A stretch of DNA of 64,000 bases from positions 1 through 64,000 of IMG/VR virus record IMGVR_UViG_3300025929_000012, one strand, 5' to 3'. Positions 47,362 to 57,351 of the stretch are shown here, piece by piece; the stretch's first letter is position 1, and each line of letters begins with the position of its first letter. Source of the DNA: a virus. The notes under the pieces were generated by a model. The model was given only the letters and a program-made list of their open reading frames with translations, was not told the DNA's origin and did not search any database. The position numbers and the translations under genes are program-made.

Positions 47362-47526
47362 ATGAGTGACGAGAAGCGGGGCGCGCGGGTGAGGGCAGCC
47401 GTGAAGCGCTGCCCGGGCAAGGGGCTGCTCACCGTCCGGGGCGTCGTGTGCGCTACAGCAGGGCTAGCCGTCGCCGGGGCCGTGGCGTGGGCTGCCGTGA
47501 AGGTGGCGGGCCGCCGTGCCGGGTGA
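47362..47526 (+). CDS. Small membrane protein (antisense cassette)
   Basis: GATGAT-7nt-ATG; hydrophobic C-term; 54 aa. Confidence 0.5.
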   Translation: MSDEKRGARVRAAVKRCPGKGLLTVRGVVCATAGLAVAGAVAWAAVKVAGRRAG

Positions 47527-47707
47527 CGTCCTGCCGCCGCCGGACGAGTGGAACCGGGCCGTTGAGCACAGCCGCGCCTGCCCGGGGCACAGCCTCGGGC
47601 CCTACGAGGACGACGACGGCAACACGCACATGTCCTGCGACGGCAGCGGCGACCCGTATGAGCCGTCGAACTGCGGCTTCGACACCGCTACCGGGGCGCG
47701 GACATGA
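47516..47707 (+). CDS. Small Cys-containing protein
   Basis: ATGA overlap with next gene. Confidence 0.5.
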   Translation: MPGDVLPPPDEWNRAVEHSRACPGHSLGPYEDDDGNTHMSCDGSGDPYEPSNCGFDTATGART

Positions 47708-48066
47708 GCGAGGACGACAACGGGCGGCTAGAAGATGCCAACGCCCGTCTAGGCGAGGCGATCACCGGGGCAGCCGAGGCGGTAGCCCGGTCCCTCGGAT
47801 CACTGACCGGATGCGTCATCGCGGCGCTGCGGGTCCTCGCCGCTGACCCGGTGGTGCGGTTCGCGATGGAGCACCCGGAACTGCTCCGGGCAGAGCGGCC
47901 TAAGCCGTGCTGGTGCCTGTGCGCTAAGGCCCACCCGGGGCTAGCGGTCTGCGACGGCGAGGGCGTCGCCACCGGGACGGTCACCCTGGAGGGCTACGGG
48001 CCGGTGACGGTGCAGTACTGCGCCGCGTGCGCCGCCGCGCAGGCGAGCCGGAGGTTCCGCTCGTGA
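47704..48066 (+). CDS. Zn-binding hypothetical protein
   Basis: C.CLC..H..VC..CAAC. Confidence 0.6.
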   Translation: MSEDDNGRLEDANARLGEAITGAAEAVARSLGSLTGCVIAALRVLAADPVVRFAMEHPELLRAERPKPCWCLCAKAHPGLAVCDGEGVATGTVTLEGYGPVTVQYCAACAAAQASRRFRS

Positions 48067-48386
48067 CCGTGACCGCCCCGGCTAGCACGGCCGAGTCCCG
48101 GGCTGCCGCCCTCACCATGTTCGAGGGACGGGTTCCGTGCCTGTTCCATCTCGCGGACCCGGCATGCGCGGCGGTTGCCCGGTGGCTGGCGTGGTTCGCC
48201 CATGAGGAGAACACCGCACGCTGCGAGAGCGACGAGCCGTGGCCTGTCTGCGACCAGCACAAGCAGGTGATCCAGGCGAGCAGTGACCCGTTCTGGCGTA
48301 CCTGGCACAACATGCAGCCGGTTCTCTGCACGCGGTGCGGGACGCCGCTGCGGCTGGAGCGTTTCGAGCCGCTGTCATCGCCTTAG
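48063..48386 (+). CDS. Zn-binding hypothetical protein
   Basis: PC..C..VC..H..CTRCG. Confidence 0.6.
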   Translation: MTVTAPASTAESRAAALTMFEGRVPCLFHLADPACAAVARWLAWFAHEENTARCESDEPWPVCDQHKQVIQASSDPFWRTWHNMQPVLCTRCGTPLRLERFEPLSSP

Positions 48387-49083
48387 CGCCGCTGCCCTTC
48401 CAGGCTGGCGATCATCCCGGCGAGGTCGAACGCCTCCGCTTCAGCAGCTTCCACGGCCCGGTACCCGGACCCTGCGGCGGTGAGTGACCGAATGTCATCG
48501 GGGACGGTCATGTCCGCGTTCAGCGGCACCTCAGGCCGGGTCAGGAGCTCTTCGGCGTAGAAGCCTTCCAGGTACGCCTGCTGGTGCGCCCAGGGCAGTC
48601 CCGCCCATGCCTGCGGCGAGTAGCCCAGGTACCGGCGGGCCAGGTACAGGATGAGCCTGTTGTTGGCTAGCTGACGGACCTTAGCGCCGGCCTCGAAGCG
48701 GCGCCGCCTGCTTCCGGGTTCAGCTCACCGGCCAGCCAGCTGAAGAACGCGAGCCGCACCCTGGGGGGCAGCTTGGAGATCTGCGCGAGGGTCGGGGAGC
48801 CGCCGCACAGGTCCGCGTACGGCTTGGTCAGCACTGACAGCACTGATGGGAGCTGGCCTTCGGGGAGCGCGGCGATCGCGGTGAGGATCGCCTCCGGGTC
48901 GGTCCCGGCCGCCTCGACGCCTGCCATCGACGCCGCGTTCTTCGCCTGGCTGACGGCGAGGTCGGTGATGAACTTGTCGAGGCGCTTCTCGGACGGCTCG
49001 GGGACGGTGCCCTTCCCGCCGTTGTACGCGGTGAAGTCCCATTCGAGGGGCTCCACCACCGTGCCACTGTCGAAACCTGGCAT
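48383..49083 (-). CDS. Tail assembly chaperone G (48667-49083) and G-T product via -1 frameshift at CCCGGAA (48712-48718)
   Basis: Between major tail and tape measure; -1 frame is open (..LYLARRYLGYSP..W..LPW..) with no good start of its own. Confidence 0.75.
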
Positions 49084-49148
49084 GCAGGGGGTCCTTCCAT
49101 CAGCGTGTCGGCAACCTAGAGGACATTGAGATCCTGTAGGATTGGGGC

Positions 49149-49502
49149 ATGGATGAGATGAGCATCGAGCAGGCACGGCTGAAGCTCGGGGAGGTCGTTG
49201 ACCGGGCGCGGATCGCGGATCAGTTCACGACGATCACCCGCCAGGGGAAGCCCGCCGGCGTGGTCGTGTCACCGGGCTGGCTTGAGCGCACGCGGGCAGC
49301 GCTCGCCGCCTTCGCGGGCAGCGAAGACCCGCCAGTCTCGGCCAGTGAGGTACGCAAGCACGTCGTTCACCTGGGCGGCCTGCTGGACGGGATGCGCAAG
49401 ATCATGCTCACGGACGAGGTGCGGGACTACTGGAAGCACCTTCAGGACGAGGTCGTTGCCCTCGCCGCCTTGCTACCGGAGAACGCAGAGGGAGAGCAGT
49501 AA
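49149..49502 (+). CDS. Phd/YefM antitoxin-like protein
   Basis: MSIEQARLKLGEVVDRA..TITRQGKPAGVVV; TAGGAT-6nt-ATG. Confidence 0.8.
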   Translation: MDEMSIEQARLKLGEVVDRARIADQFTTITRQGKPAGVVVSPGWLERTRAALAAFAGSEDPPVSASEVRKHVVHLGGLLDGMRKIMLTDEVRDYWKHLQDEVVALAALLPENAEGEQ

Positions 49503-49592
49503 TGACGGAGCACGCGGACCACGACACCGGGGGCTACCCGGCTGGGGCGATCACCATTACGTGGAACTGGACGCGGAAGGGCGCGAGAAGCG

Positions 49593-50343
49593 ATGACCGC
49601 CGACTTCGACTGTGAGGCGTACGGCCCGGAAGGCCGGAAGATCGGCGCGCTGTGCTTCATCACCGCTGACCTGGGCGGCCGGATGTGCGCCACGGCGGCG
49701 GACTGCCACCGGGTGACCGGCGCCGAACGGCAGGAGATATTCCGCGACGCCCGCGAGAGGGCCGCCGCAGGTGACCCGGTAAGCGAGGAGTGCCTTGAGG
49801 ACGCGTTCCTGTGGCCCGGAGGCGGATCATGAGCGGGCTAGGCGTGCCAGCCGGGCAGGGAGTGTTCGCTGAGATCGGCTTCCTTGAGCCCTGGGGACGC
49901 GACGACATGTCCGAGGGCGTCACCGGCTGCCTGCTGCCCAGTTACCCGGAGGCTGAGATGTGGGTGATCGAGCAGAAGGGCCTGCACCGGAACTGGCTGG
50001 TCACGAGCGTGCAGATCACCGCCGAGGGGGAGGGCGGCGGGTGATGGCCAGGTTCAAGAGGCTGACTGACGCCGAGGCCCGCACCCTGACGCGCCGCGAG
50101 CTACTGGACCGGATCGAGGCCGAGCAAGCCTACTGGTTCCGCAAGAAGACCCGCACGGGCGCGGATGATGCCGCGTTCCGCGAGTTCACACGGATCATGT
50201 ACGCCTACCTGGACCCTGCCGCCGCGATGCAGGACACGATCGACCACATTGAGGGCCGCTCGGCCGGCGGCTACTGGAAGACCCGCCCGGGTGAGGATGT
50301 CGCTGAGGCGGCGGCCCTCCTCGGTGGTGGTGAGGGCTCGTGA
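49593..50343 (+). CDS. Three small hypothetical ORFs (49593-49832, 49829-50044, 50044-50343)
   Basis: Translationally coupled overlaps. Confidence 0.55.
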
Positions 50344-50648
50344 ACGCCGCCATCGTCTCGGGCTTCCTCGCCATCCTGGCCGGGATCATCGCGGAGAACG
50401 CCCACGTCTACTGGCATCGCAAGTGGCTGCGATGGCTGTCGCTAGGACTGAACATCCCCGGTGCCCTGCTGCTCACCTGGGGGGCGGACATGGCGCACAG
50501 GAGCATCCTGGCAGCCACGGCGGTCGTCGTCTGCGCGGCGTTCGTCCTAGCCGTAGGCGGGTCGCTGGCGTTCATCGCCTTCATGGCCGAGGTCAGGCAC
50601 CAGGGGTGGGCGCCGGTCGTGAGGCGCATGCGGAAGCCGCCCCGGTAG
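50340..50648 (+). CDS. Three-TM membrane protein
   Basis: Hydrophobic segments. Confidence 0.6.
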   Translation: MNAAIVSGFLAILAGIIAENAHVYWHRKWLRWLSLGLNIPGALLLTWGADMAHRSILAATAVVVCAAFVLAVGGSLAFIAFMAEVRHQGWAPVVRRMRKPPR

Positions 50649-50807
50649 CTCCCCCTACGAGTGCGACGCGCCGCCGCAAGGTGTCTCGTATGGCCACCTC
50701 TCGCAGCGAGGGCAGCGGCCCATGGTCGTCACCTTCGGAACGGACGCCTGCGGGTTCGCTGTCGTGTCACCTGGGATGGCAGCCATCAGGGGCACCTCTC
50801 GTTTCCT

Positions 50808-51461
50808 TTAGTGCTTCGCCACGTACAGGAGGGTGAAGATCACCAGGGACAGCAGGAACCCGGCGACGGCGAGGACGGTCCCGGTGTTCAGCCGCGTCTC
50901 ATTCCGCTGCCCCGACGCGCCCGCCTCGCTGCCCTCGCCCCGGTCAAGCCGGGACGTGAGCCTCAGCTCCAGCGCGGACAGCCGGTCAGTCAGCCCGGTC
51001 ACCCGCTCAGCCAGCGCGTCGTGGGCCGTGTCGTACTCGGGGCGGGGCAGGAACGTCGCCGTCTGGTCGGCGAGCGCCTTCCTGAACTCATTCACCGACT
51101 CGAACCGGGCGTTAGCCGCCAGCTCCGCTTTCGCGGTGGCCTTCTCCGCGTTCGCCAGCGCCACGGCCACGGCCTGCTCAGCGGCCTTGAACGCCGCGTC
51201 CAGGGCCTTCGTCTGCGTCGCGTACCGCTCATCGAGAAGCGCCCGCATGTCCGCGATCTGCTGCCGGTGGGCGGCCTGCTGGTCGGTGAACTGCAGCCGG
51301 GCGTACTCCCGGCTGTCGATGATCCTGCCGTTGAGGGTGTCCCGGTCGGCGGCGAGCTGCCGGGTTAGCGCCTCATGCTGCATCGTCATCTGCTGCGTGA
51401 AGTGCTCACGGAGGGTGTCTACCGTCCAGCCGCTGGCAGCCGCCTCAGTCTCGCCGCTCAA
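50808..51461 (-). CDS. Coiled-coil protein with C-terminal TM helix
   Basis: KALDAAF.AAEQAV..A..A..KAE..RFESVNEFR phage family. Confidence 0.7.
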   Translation of the reverse strand: MSGETEAAASGWTVDTLREHFTQQMTMQHEALTRQLAADRDTLNGRIIDSREYARLQFTDQQAAHRQQIADMRALLDERYATQTKALDAAFKAAEQAVAVALANAEKATAKAELAANARFESVNEFRKALADQTATFLPRPEYDTAHDALAERVTGLTDRLSALELRLTSRLDRGEGSEAGASGQRNETRLNTGTVLAVAGFLLSLVIFTLLYVAKH

Positions 51462-51476
51462 CCGCGCCCCCCGGGG

Positions 51477-52091
51477 CTAGAAGAGCATGCCCTCCGGTGG
51501 CGGGGGGACGGCTAGCGCGATGCGGCGGAAGGCGCGGGCCAACTGCGTCCGGCTAATCCCCGACTCGGCAGCCAGCGCCAGGACGGTTGCCCCGGCCCGC
51601 CAGCGCGCGTACAGGGCGGTGTACACCTCATCGTCGTACTTGGTGTTGACGCCGCGCTCCGCGTTGACCTTCTGGGGGACTGGCTCCAGATGATTCGGGT
51701 TGACGCACCGCCTGTGAAGGCACTGCCGCCCGCCGGGGCACGTCAGCCGCTCGCGGGTGTGGCACAGGTGGTCAAGTTGGAGGCCAGCCGGGACCGGCTT
51801 CACGAAGCGCTCATACGCCCAGCGATGCGGGCCGACTACCTTCCTAGCGCCGTTCCCGAACTCGCCGTAACCGTCGCGATTGACGCTAGCCGTCCACGTC
51901 CAGCACCCGCCGGGCTCCTTGCGGACATGAGAGAAGAACCGCTCCTCCATGTCTTCGATGACCGTGGAGCGTGCCCCGCCGAGGTTGCCGCTGTTGCGCT
52001 GCCGCAGGTAGTGCATGTTGCACAACCCGAGCGCGTAGTGAGGCTTGGGGCAACTGCCGTCACCGGCATAGCCGCAAGTACGCTGTTGCAT
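51477..52091 (-). CDS. Freestanding HNH homing endonuclease
   Basis: GCWTWT..GYG..HR..YE..LDHLC..CVNPNHLEPV..N. Confidence 0.9.
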   Translation of the reverse strand: MQQRTCGYAGDGSCPKPHYALGLCNMHYLRQRNSGNLGGARSTVIEDMEERFFSHVRKEPGGCWTWTASVNRDGYGEFGNGARKVVGPHRWAYERFVKPVPAGLQLDHLCHTRERLTCPGGRQCLHRRCVNPNHLEPVPQKVNAERGVNTKYDDEVYTALYARWRAGATVLALAAESGISRTQLARAFRRIALAVPPPPEGMLF

Positions 52092-52199
52092 GTCGATGCC
52101 TCTGACCAGGTGTCGGCGGTGCTCCGGGGTCTGCGTCTGGGAAGTCCAGACTCCGGAGCCTTATTCGTACAGTCTATCGCATTACCGCCATTATCCTGC

Positions 52200-52808
52200 C
52201 TATGAGGTCGCGATGGCGGTCAGGTCAATTAGAGAGACCGAGGACATGGGGCAGGTCGCTGAAAGGGTCACGGGATAGAGCCGCGCATTAGCGGCTCTCC
52301 GGAAATCTGTCTTCACGCTCCCGGCGCTCATGACGGTGGGCACCGACAGTACCCGGGCGAAGCCGAGCTGGTTCTTGCCGACGACCGCACAGGCAAGGCT
52401 CGCGAAACTTGTCGAAAGTACGAGCGTGGACTTGCCGGGCTGGCTGGCGCCGGGGGCGGTGACCGAGATCGAGCCACCGTTGCCGTACGCCAAGTTGACG
52501 TTCGCCAGCGTCTCCTCGGAGAGGCTCGTGGTTATCTGAAGGCTGACGTTGGTGACGATCACCGCGACCGGCGTCGTTTGCTCTTCGACATTGATGTCGT
52601 TAGTCGACGGAGCGTAGTTGACGGAAACACCCTGGTCGGTGGCCCCGACGTAGGACCAGCCGCCGGACACCCAGGAGGAGCCGACGCCGAGGTTCTGATC
52701 GGACGGGAGGGCGGTGCCGACGGGGGCGGTAAATAGAACACCAATTCCATACAAGACGTTGGTGCTCGTGTAGGCGGGAGGGGTGTAGAGCAGCGGCGCA
52801 CCAGGCAT
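52200..52808 (-). CDS. Major tail protein
   Basis: G.L.TAP.GT..P..W..VGAT..GV..I.VE..L.E.TL.N. Confidence 0.8.
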   Translation of the reverse strand: MPGAPLLYTPPAYTSTNVLYGIGVLFTAPVGTALPSDQNLGVGSSWVSGGWSYVGATDQGVSVNYAPSTNDINVEEQTTPVAVIVTNVSLQITTSLSEETLANVNLAYGNGGSISVTAPGASQPGKSTLVLSTSFASLACAVVGKNQLGFARVLSVPTVMSAGSVKTDFRRAANARLYPVTLSATCPMSSVSLIDLTAIATS

Positions 52809-52842
52809 GGGCGGGGGCCTCCTTCAGGCGGCGGGCATGGAG

Positions 52843-52870
52843 AAGGCCCGCGCCAGGACGGGCGGGCCGG
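52843..52870 (-). terminator. Hairpin upstream of major tail gene
   Basis: GGCCCGC..GCGGGCC followed by TTCTCCATGCCC. Confidence 0.55.
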
Positions 52871-52929
52871 GGTGGCGTACGGGGCGTTTAAGCGCGGCGG
52901 GATGCGGGAAGGGCGCTACGATTGGTGAC

Positions 52930-54260
52930 ATGGGCGACACGCTGACGAGGCCGGCGGCGGCATGCCGTGACGTGATGGGCACGCTCGCGGTCCGCCTGTG
53001 CACGCTGCAGGAGGCGCGGATGGCTTCCGGGGCGGTGCTGCTGCTCCCCGCCGGGACCTGCCCCGATGCCGGGGACCGCTACTGCGGCTGGCCCGTGGTC
53101 AGGTGCTGCTGCATCCGGGAGCCGATGATCGGACTGCCGGGTCGCGATCGGGGGCGCGTGGCGTGAGCAGCCCCTTGAAGCTGACCGTCATGACCGGGGC
53201 GGAGGGCGAGCCGACCGGGTTCGACTCCGCGATCGCATCCGTGCCCGGCCGCCTCTGGCACGTCACCGCGGACGGGGAGCGGATGCTGCTGCTGTCGGTG
53301 GCCCGCCGTGAGCTGCGGGAACTGTCGGAGAAGCTCGCCGCGGGCATCAGGGAAAGGCTTCATCACGCCGACTGGGTGATCACCGCCGACCCGGATGAGG
53401 TCGCCGCGCTGGGGCTGATGCATGACTGCGCGTCCTGCCGGGCCGGGGTTGACCAGGCGCTTGCGCGGATGCGGGAGAAGCCCGGCACGGACATGGCCGT
53501 CGGGCAGTTGTGGTGGGCGCGGCAGTGAGCGGCCGGTGGGAGCACGACGACGGCGAAGCCCGGTGGGAGCTGGTCGCCTACCGCGAGGACGTCCCCAGGA
53601 TGACCACGGACCGGATTGTCGGCGCATGGGTGACTGACGAGATGATCGCGTCGGTGGCCAGCCCGCAGAGGCTCGCCGTGAGCCTGTTCAATACGATCGG
53701 GTCGGTGCCGCCCCCGCTGGAGGAGCACCTTCCGCCGTGGGACCCGAACGTGGTCACCTGCGGGGCCGGATCGTGAGCGGCTTCAATAAGCCGGTGCCGA
53801 AGGTTGCCCGGGTGCTGCTGCGGGTTGAGTGGATGGACGGGCAGGTCCGGGAGTTCGACGCCGAGGAACCGCACGGGCTGGAGGTGGCCATCGGGCGGGA
53901 GCCGCCACCGCCGGACTTCGACGCGTGGGCGGAGGCGCTGGGGAATGAAGCGGGCCTGTGGAGGCCAGAGCACCTGCTGGGCCCGGAGGCGATCTACGAC
54001 GGGGGCGCGTTCGGCGTCGAGGTGAGGTTCAAGGCCAACTCGGACAGCAGCAGGCACCCGTTCACGATCCGGGAGCCGGAACTGTGACCGCGCCCGCGTT
54101 CACCTGCCCGTGCTGCGGCGCGGTGTCGCATCACCCTGCCGACGTTGAGTTCCGCTACTGCGGACGCTGCCACTGGTACACGGGTGATCCTGAGCTCGGC
54201 CCGGTGCACCTCGCGGATGCGTGCGAGGCCCGGACTGCGCCTACAGCTCGCGGAGGGTGA
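52930..54260 (+). CDS. Five-ORF antisense cassette (52930-53166, 53163-53528, 53525-53776, 53773-54087, 54084-54260)
   Basis: TACGAT-7nt-ATG; chained GTGA overlaps; last ORF is a Zn ribbon (FTCP.CG..SHHP.D..YCG.CH). Confidence 0.65.
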
Positions 54261-54621
54261 GCCCGGCTGCCTGCGCTGCCGCGTAAGCCCGTTCAGCGAC
54301 CGCGTCCGGTACCTCGGTGCCGTACACGTCGATGGTGACCGTCTCCCCGCCAGCCTCAAGGGGGGGCACGATCAGCTCGGTCATCGGGGGGACGGTGGCG
54401 AGGTTCACGTGCCCTTCGCGGGCGGGCTCCATCGGCTGGGGGAAGACGGCGGTGCCGGTGTCGGTGACCGCCACCCCGCCGGCCTGCGCGGTACCCTCCT
54501 CGGCAGGCGGGGGGAACCCGGTGGGGATCGGCGGCGGCACGGGCGGGTCCTCTACGGGCACCACGGGCGGGTCCGCGGCGTCCGCCGGCTCCGGCGCGTC
54601 TTGCTCGGGCGTGAAGGGCAC
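54241..54621 (-). CDS. Pro/acid-rich virion-region protein
   Basis: RBS AGGAGG. Confidence 0.6.
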   Translation of the reverse strand: MPFTPEQDAPEPADAADPPVVPVEDPPVPPPIPTGFPPPAEEGTAQAGGVAVTDTGTAVFPQPMEPAREGHVNLATVPPMTELIVPPLEAGGETVTIDVYGTEVPDAVAERAYAAAQAAGLTLREL

Positions 54622-54631
54622 TGCGAGCCTC

Positions 54632-55003
54632 CTAAGGGACGGGAACGCACTGATACAGCGTGACGCTGTTGCCGGTGACCACGGAGAAGTCGACGTAGGC
54701 CATGCCGGAGCCGTCGGCCTGGGTGAAGTCAGCGGCGGACCACGGGCCGAAGATGTAGTTGGTGGAGTTCGCCACCGCGGCCTGGATCGTGGACGCCGGG
54801 TACGCCTGGCCTTGCACCTTCCGGCCGATGTTCGACTGGACGTTCCCGGCCCCCGCAGCGCCGACGTACACGACGAGGAAGACCATCCCGTTGTTCGTGA
54901 ACTGGACGCCGGTGAAGGTCGCGAGAGACTGGGCGCCTGACGTGGGGAGGAGCAGGCCGGATGGCCCGGCGAGGTTGACCGGGGTGAGGGTGACGCGTGC
55001 CAT
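54632..55003 (-). CDS. Beta-sandwich virion protein
   Basis: F.NNG..L.V..IFGPW..F. Confidence 0.65.
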   Translation of the reverse strand: MARVTLTPVNLAGPSGLLLPTSGAQSLATFTGVQFTNNGMVFLVVYVGAAGAGNVQSNIGRKVQGQAYPASTIQAAVANSTNYIFGPWSAADFTQADGSGMAYVDFSVVTGNSVTLYQCVPVP

Positions 55004-55044
55004 CGCCGCCGCCTTCCGCTAGTGGGACTGGTAGGGCAGCCGGG

Positions 55045-55476
55045 TCACGTGGAGTCAGCCAGCCACTTCTGGAAATCGCCGTAGACGATGATCGGGCACG
55101 ACGTGACGGTGCTCCCGGCGGTGATGCCGAGGCGGATGTAGGAGCCGGGGAAGCCGCCGTTGACGGGGATGATGAAGCTCGCGCCCGTGACCGCGGTGAT
55201 CGCGGTGATGGTGGTGCCGACTCCGTTGAGGGGGTTGGTGATCAGCCCGGCGGCAGCTGCTCCGGAGGCGCCGATCCACGTGGTGCCGTTGTCGGGGCTT
55301 ACCTGGAGGAACGGCAGGATCGTGGGGGTGCCGGCGATGGTGCCGAAGATCCCGTACACGTAGCCGCGGACCCAGTCCGACGCGCTGAACGCGGGGCCGT
55401 AAGTGGTCGCCGCGGCGGCTAGGGTGGTCTGGGGGTAAAGCTTGACGACGTCGCTCTCGTACCCGATGGGACTCAA
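55045..55476 (-). CDS. Beta-sandwich virion protein (start uncertain)
   Basis: LQVSPDNGTTW..YIRL. Confidence 0.65.
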   Translation of the reverse strand: MSPIGYESDVVKLYPQTTLAAAATTYGPAFSASDWVRGYVYGIFGTIAGTPTILPFLQVSPDNGTTWIGASGAAAAGLITNPLNGVGTTITAITAVTGASFIIPVNGGFPGSYIRLGITAGSTVTSCPIIVYGDFQKWLADST

Positions 55477-55501
55477 CTCCTTGACACGGAGGCCAGCGGC
55501 C

Positions 55502-55936
55502 TCAGTTGCTCACTTCGATGAGGTACTGGCAAACAAAACTGAACCTGTCTGCGTCGTCAGGCTCCCCTGACAGCGGCGCTGGTGCCCCCGACAGCCGGTG
55601 CGCGGTCACGATCACCTGGCCGGACGGCAGCGTCACCGGGTAGGCCGCGGCGAAGATGAGGGCATCGAGGCGGTGGGCGAGCGCCTCAGCGGCGGACTGG
55701 GCGCCCGGGGAGCCGTCGCCGCCCTGCGGCCCCCGTACGCGGGCCTGGAAGCCGCACACGTCGGTGGCGCCCTCAAGGCGGTACCCGGCCCCGGGGGTCG
55801 GCGTGATCACGCACACCTGGTCAGGGCTATCGGGGATGTACGGGCCGAGGTAGAACGGGACGCCGGTCTCCTGGTTAGAGTCCCACCCGCCGAGGGTCGA
55901 AAGCCACGAGATCAACGCTGCGGACGGGACGGGCAT
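55502..55936 (-). CDS. Tail terminator/tail completion protein
   Basis: GP..PD..IT..PG.G..EGA.D..FQ.RVRG..AE.LA..LD. Confidence 0.75.
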   Translation of the reverse strand: MPVPSAALISWLSTLGGWDSNQETGVPFYLGPYIPDSPDQVCVITPTPGAGYRLEGATDVCGFQARVRGPQGGDGSPGAQSAAEALAHRLDALIFAAAYPVTLPSGQVIVTAHRLSGAPAPLSGEPDDADRFSFVCQYLIEVSN

Positions 55937-56465
55937 CGCTCACCCCGGGCGTGGTCTCGGAGCCGGAGCACTGCCCGTCAATGGCCTGATGGCAGCCGTT
56001 GTCCTGCCAGACTGCGGCCGGGCAGGAGCATTCCGGGCCTTGACTAGGGCGGACCGGGCACCCGGGATGGGAATACGCGCACCAGTGCAGTCCGGCGAAG
56101 GTGACGCCGCCCGGCTGGCAGGCGAGGACGGCGAGGCCCCGGGCGAGGTGGTTGAACACTTCCCCGGCGGACCAGGACGGCTCACCGCGCACGTGGCAGT
56201 AGCACTTCGGGCTGACACAGCCTTCACCGTGGCAGCGGCAGTCCCTCACCGTGCAGCGCGGCCCGGAAAGGTGCCCGGCCAGTTCTTTCGCCCCGTGGCC
56301 GAACCGGGGGCCGCCGCCGTACTGGAGGACGTCGCCCTGTGACCCGGTGACGCTGGCCGCCTCTTCCGCGATCCGGTGGCGTTCCGCGAACGGCAGGCCC
56401 CGCACCTCGGCGAGGTGCATCGGGACGGCGACTTCAAGGGTGATCGCGAGGACCCCGCTATCCAC
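55875..56465 (-). CDS. Hypothetical phage protein
   Basis: L..AVP..GD.LQY..FN.LARGLA.LA.QPGGVTFAG.HWC. Confidence 0.65.
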   Translation of the reverse strand: MDSGVLAITLEVAVPMHLAEVRGLPFAERHRIAEEAASVTGSQGDVLQYGGGPRFGHGAKELAGHLSGPRCTVRDCRCHGEGCVSPKCYCHVRGEPSWSAGEVFNHLARGLAVLACQPGGVTFAGLHWCAYSHPGCPVRPSQGPECSCPAAVWQDNGCHQAIDGQCSGSETTPGVSDARPVRSVDLVAFDPRRVGL

Positions 56466-57144
56466 GGGCTGCCCTCGCCTTGTCCCGTTCCCGGCGGCGC
56501 AGGACCCCCATGACGCTGTCGTTGCCGGAACGGCACACGTGAGCGCCCCGCCGGTCATTGCCCCACAGCCGCGACGGCTGCTCGCCCTCATGCCACAGGC
56601 GCAGGAACCGCAGCCGGGCCAGCCGGACGCGCCGGTAGTAGGCGCCCATCCGCAGCCCCAGCGCAGCCGCGGCCTTGCCGTACTCGTCATGCACCGCCAG
56701 CGCCAGCAGCGCTTCCCGGTCCACGTCGCGGAGCCGCGCCCACACCTGCCACAGCGCGAGCCGCTCCACGATGCCGTTCTCCGGCGAGGGAGTGACCCGC
56801 ACTGCCTCATTCCAGTACAGGGCGTAGCTGGGCCTCTCGCTGCCGTCCGGTTTCAGGCCCCAGTGGTGCCGCTCGTCGGTCAGGAACCCCGACAGTGCCT
56901 CCCACCCGGCATGCACTAGCTCAGACGGCTCAGGGCGGTCCTCAGCGGCGTACAGGGCCTCCGCGATGCCTGACCAGGCGAGGTGGTAGCGGAGCCGCCG
57001 GTCAGCGTTCCTCGCCCATCCCCGGGACAGCGCCGAGCGTGCCAGGACGTCCAGGTCGGCGAGGTTGTAGCCGTGGCGCAGCGCGTGAACGTCCTCGTAA
57101 GCGAGTTGCACCCTCACCCGCCCGCAGTGCTCGGAGCCGCTCAC
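56458..57144 (-). CDS. Sigma-70 region-4-like transcription factor
   Basis: L..V..RL..DREAL.A..Y..AAA.LG..RV..AR..F. Confidence 0.55.
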   Translation of the reverse strand: MSGSEHCGRVRVQLAYEDVHALRHGYNLADLDVLARSALSRGWARNADRRLRYHLAWSGIAEALYAAEDRPEPSELVHAGWEALSGFLTDERHHWGLKPDGSERPSYALYWNEAVRVTPSPENGIVERLALWQVWARLRDVDREALLALAVHDEYGKAAAALGLRMGAYYRRVRLARLRFLRLWHEGEQPSRLWGNDRRGAHVCRSGNDSVMGVLRRRERDKARAARG

Positions 57145-57322
57145 GGGCGGCGGGATCGGCGGGCAGCCCCCAGCGCCCCGACTTCTGCCGCGCCAGCCCT
57201 GCGTCTGCGGGGTCCTTGCACAGGACGGGTGGGACGCGCTTGCGGTCTACGTCGTGGTGGCGGTCGAACGCGGTCAGGCCGGTGAACCAGCGCAGGCAGG
57301 CGGCGCACTGGCAGGCGGGCAT
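57002..57322 (-). CDS. FDxHR-type Zn-binding protein
   Basis: QCAAC..FTG..AFDRHH..C.DP..GL..W. Confidence 0.65.
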   Translation of the reverse strand: MPACQCAACLRWFTGLTAFDRHHDVDRKRVPPVLCKDPADAGLARQKSGRWGLPADPAARERLRALRAGEGATRLRGRSRAAPRLQPRRPGRPGTLGAVPGMGEER

Positions 57323-57351
57323 CGCTCACCTCAACCGGCTACGGTGAGCGG

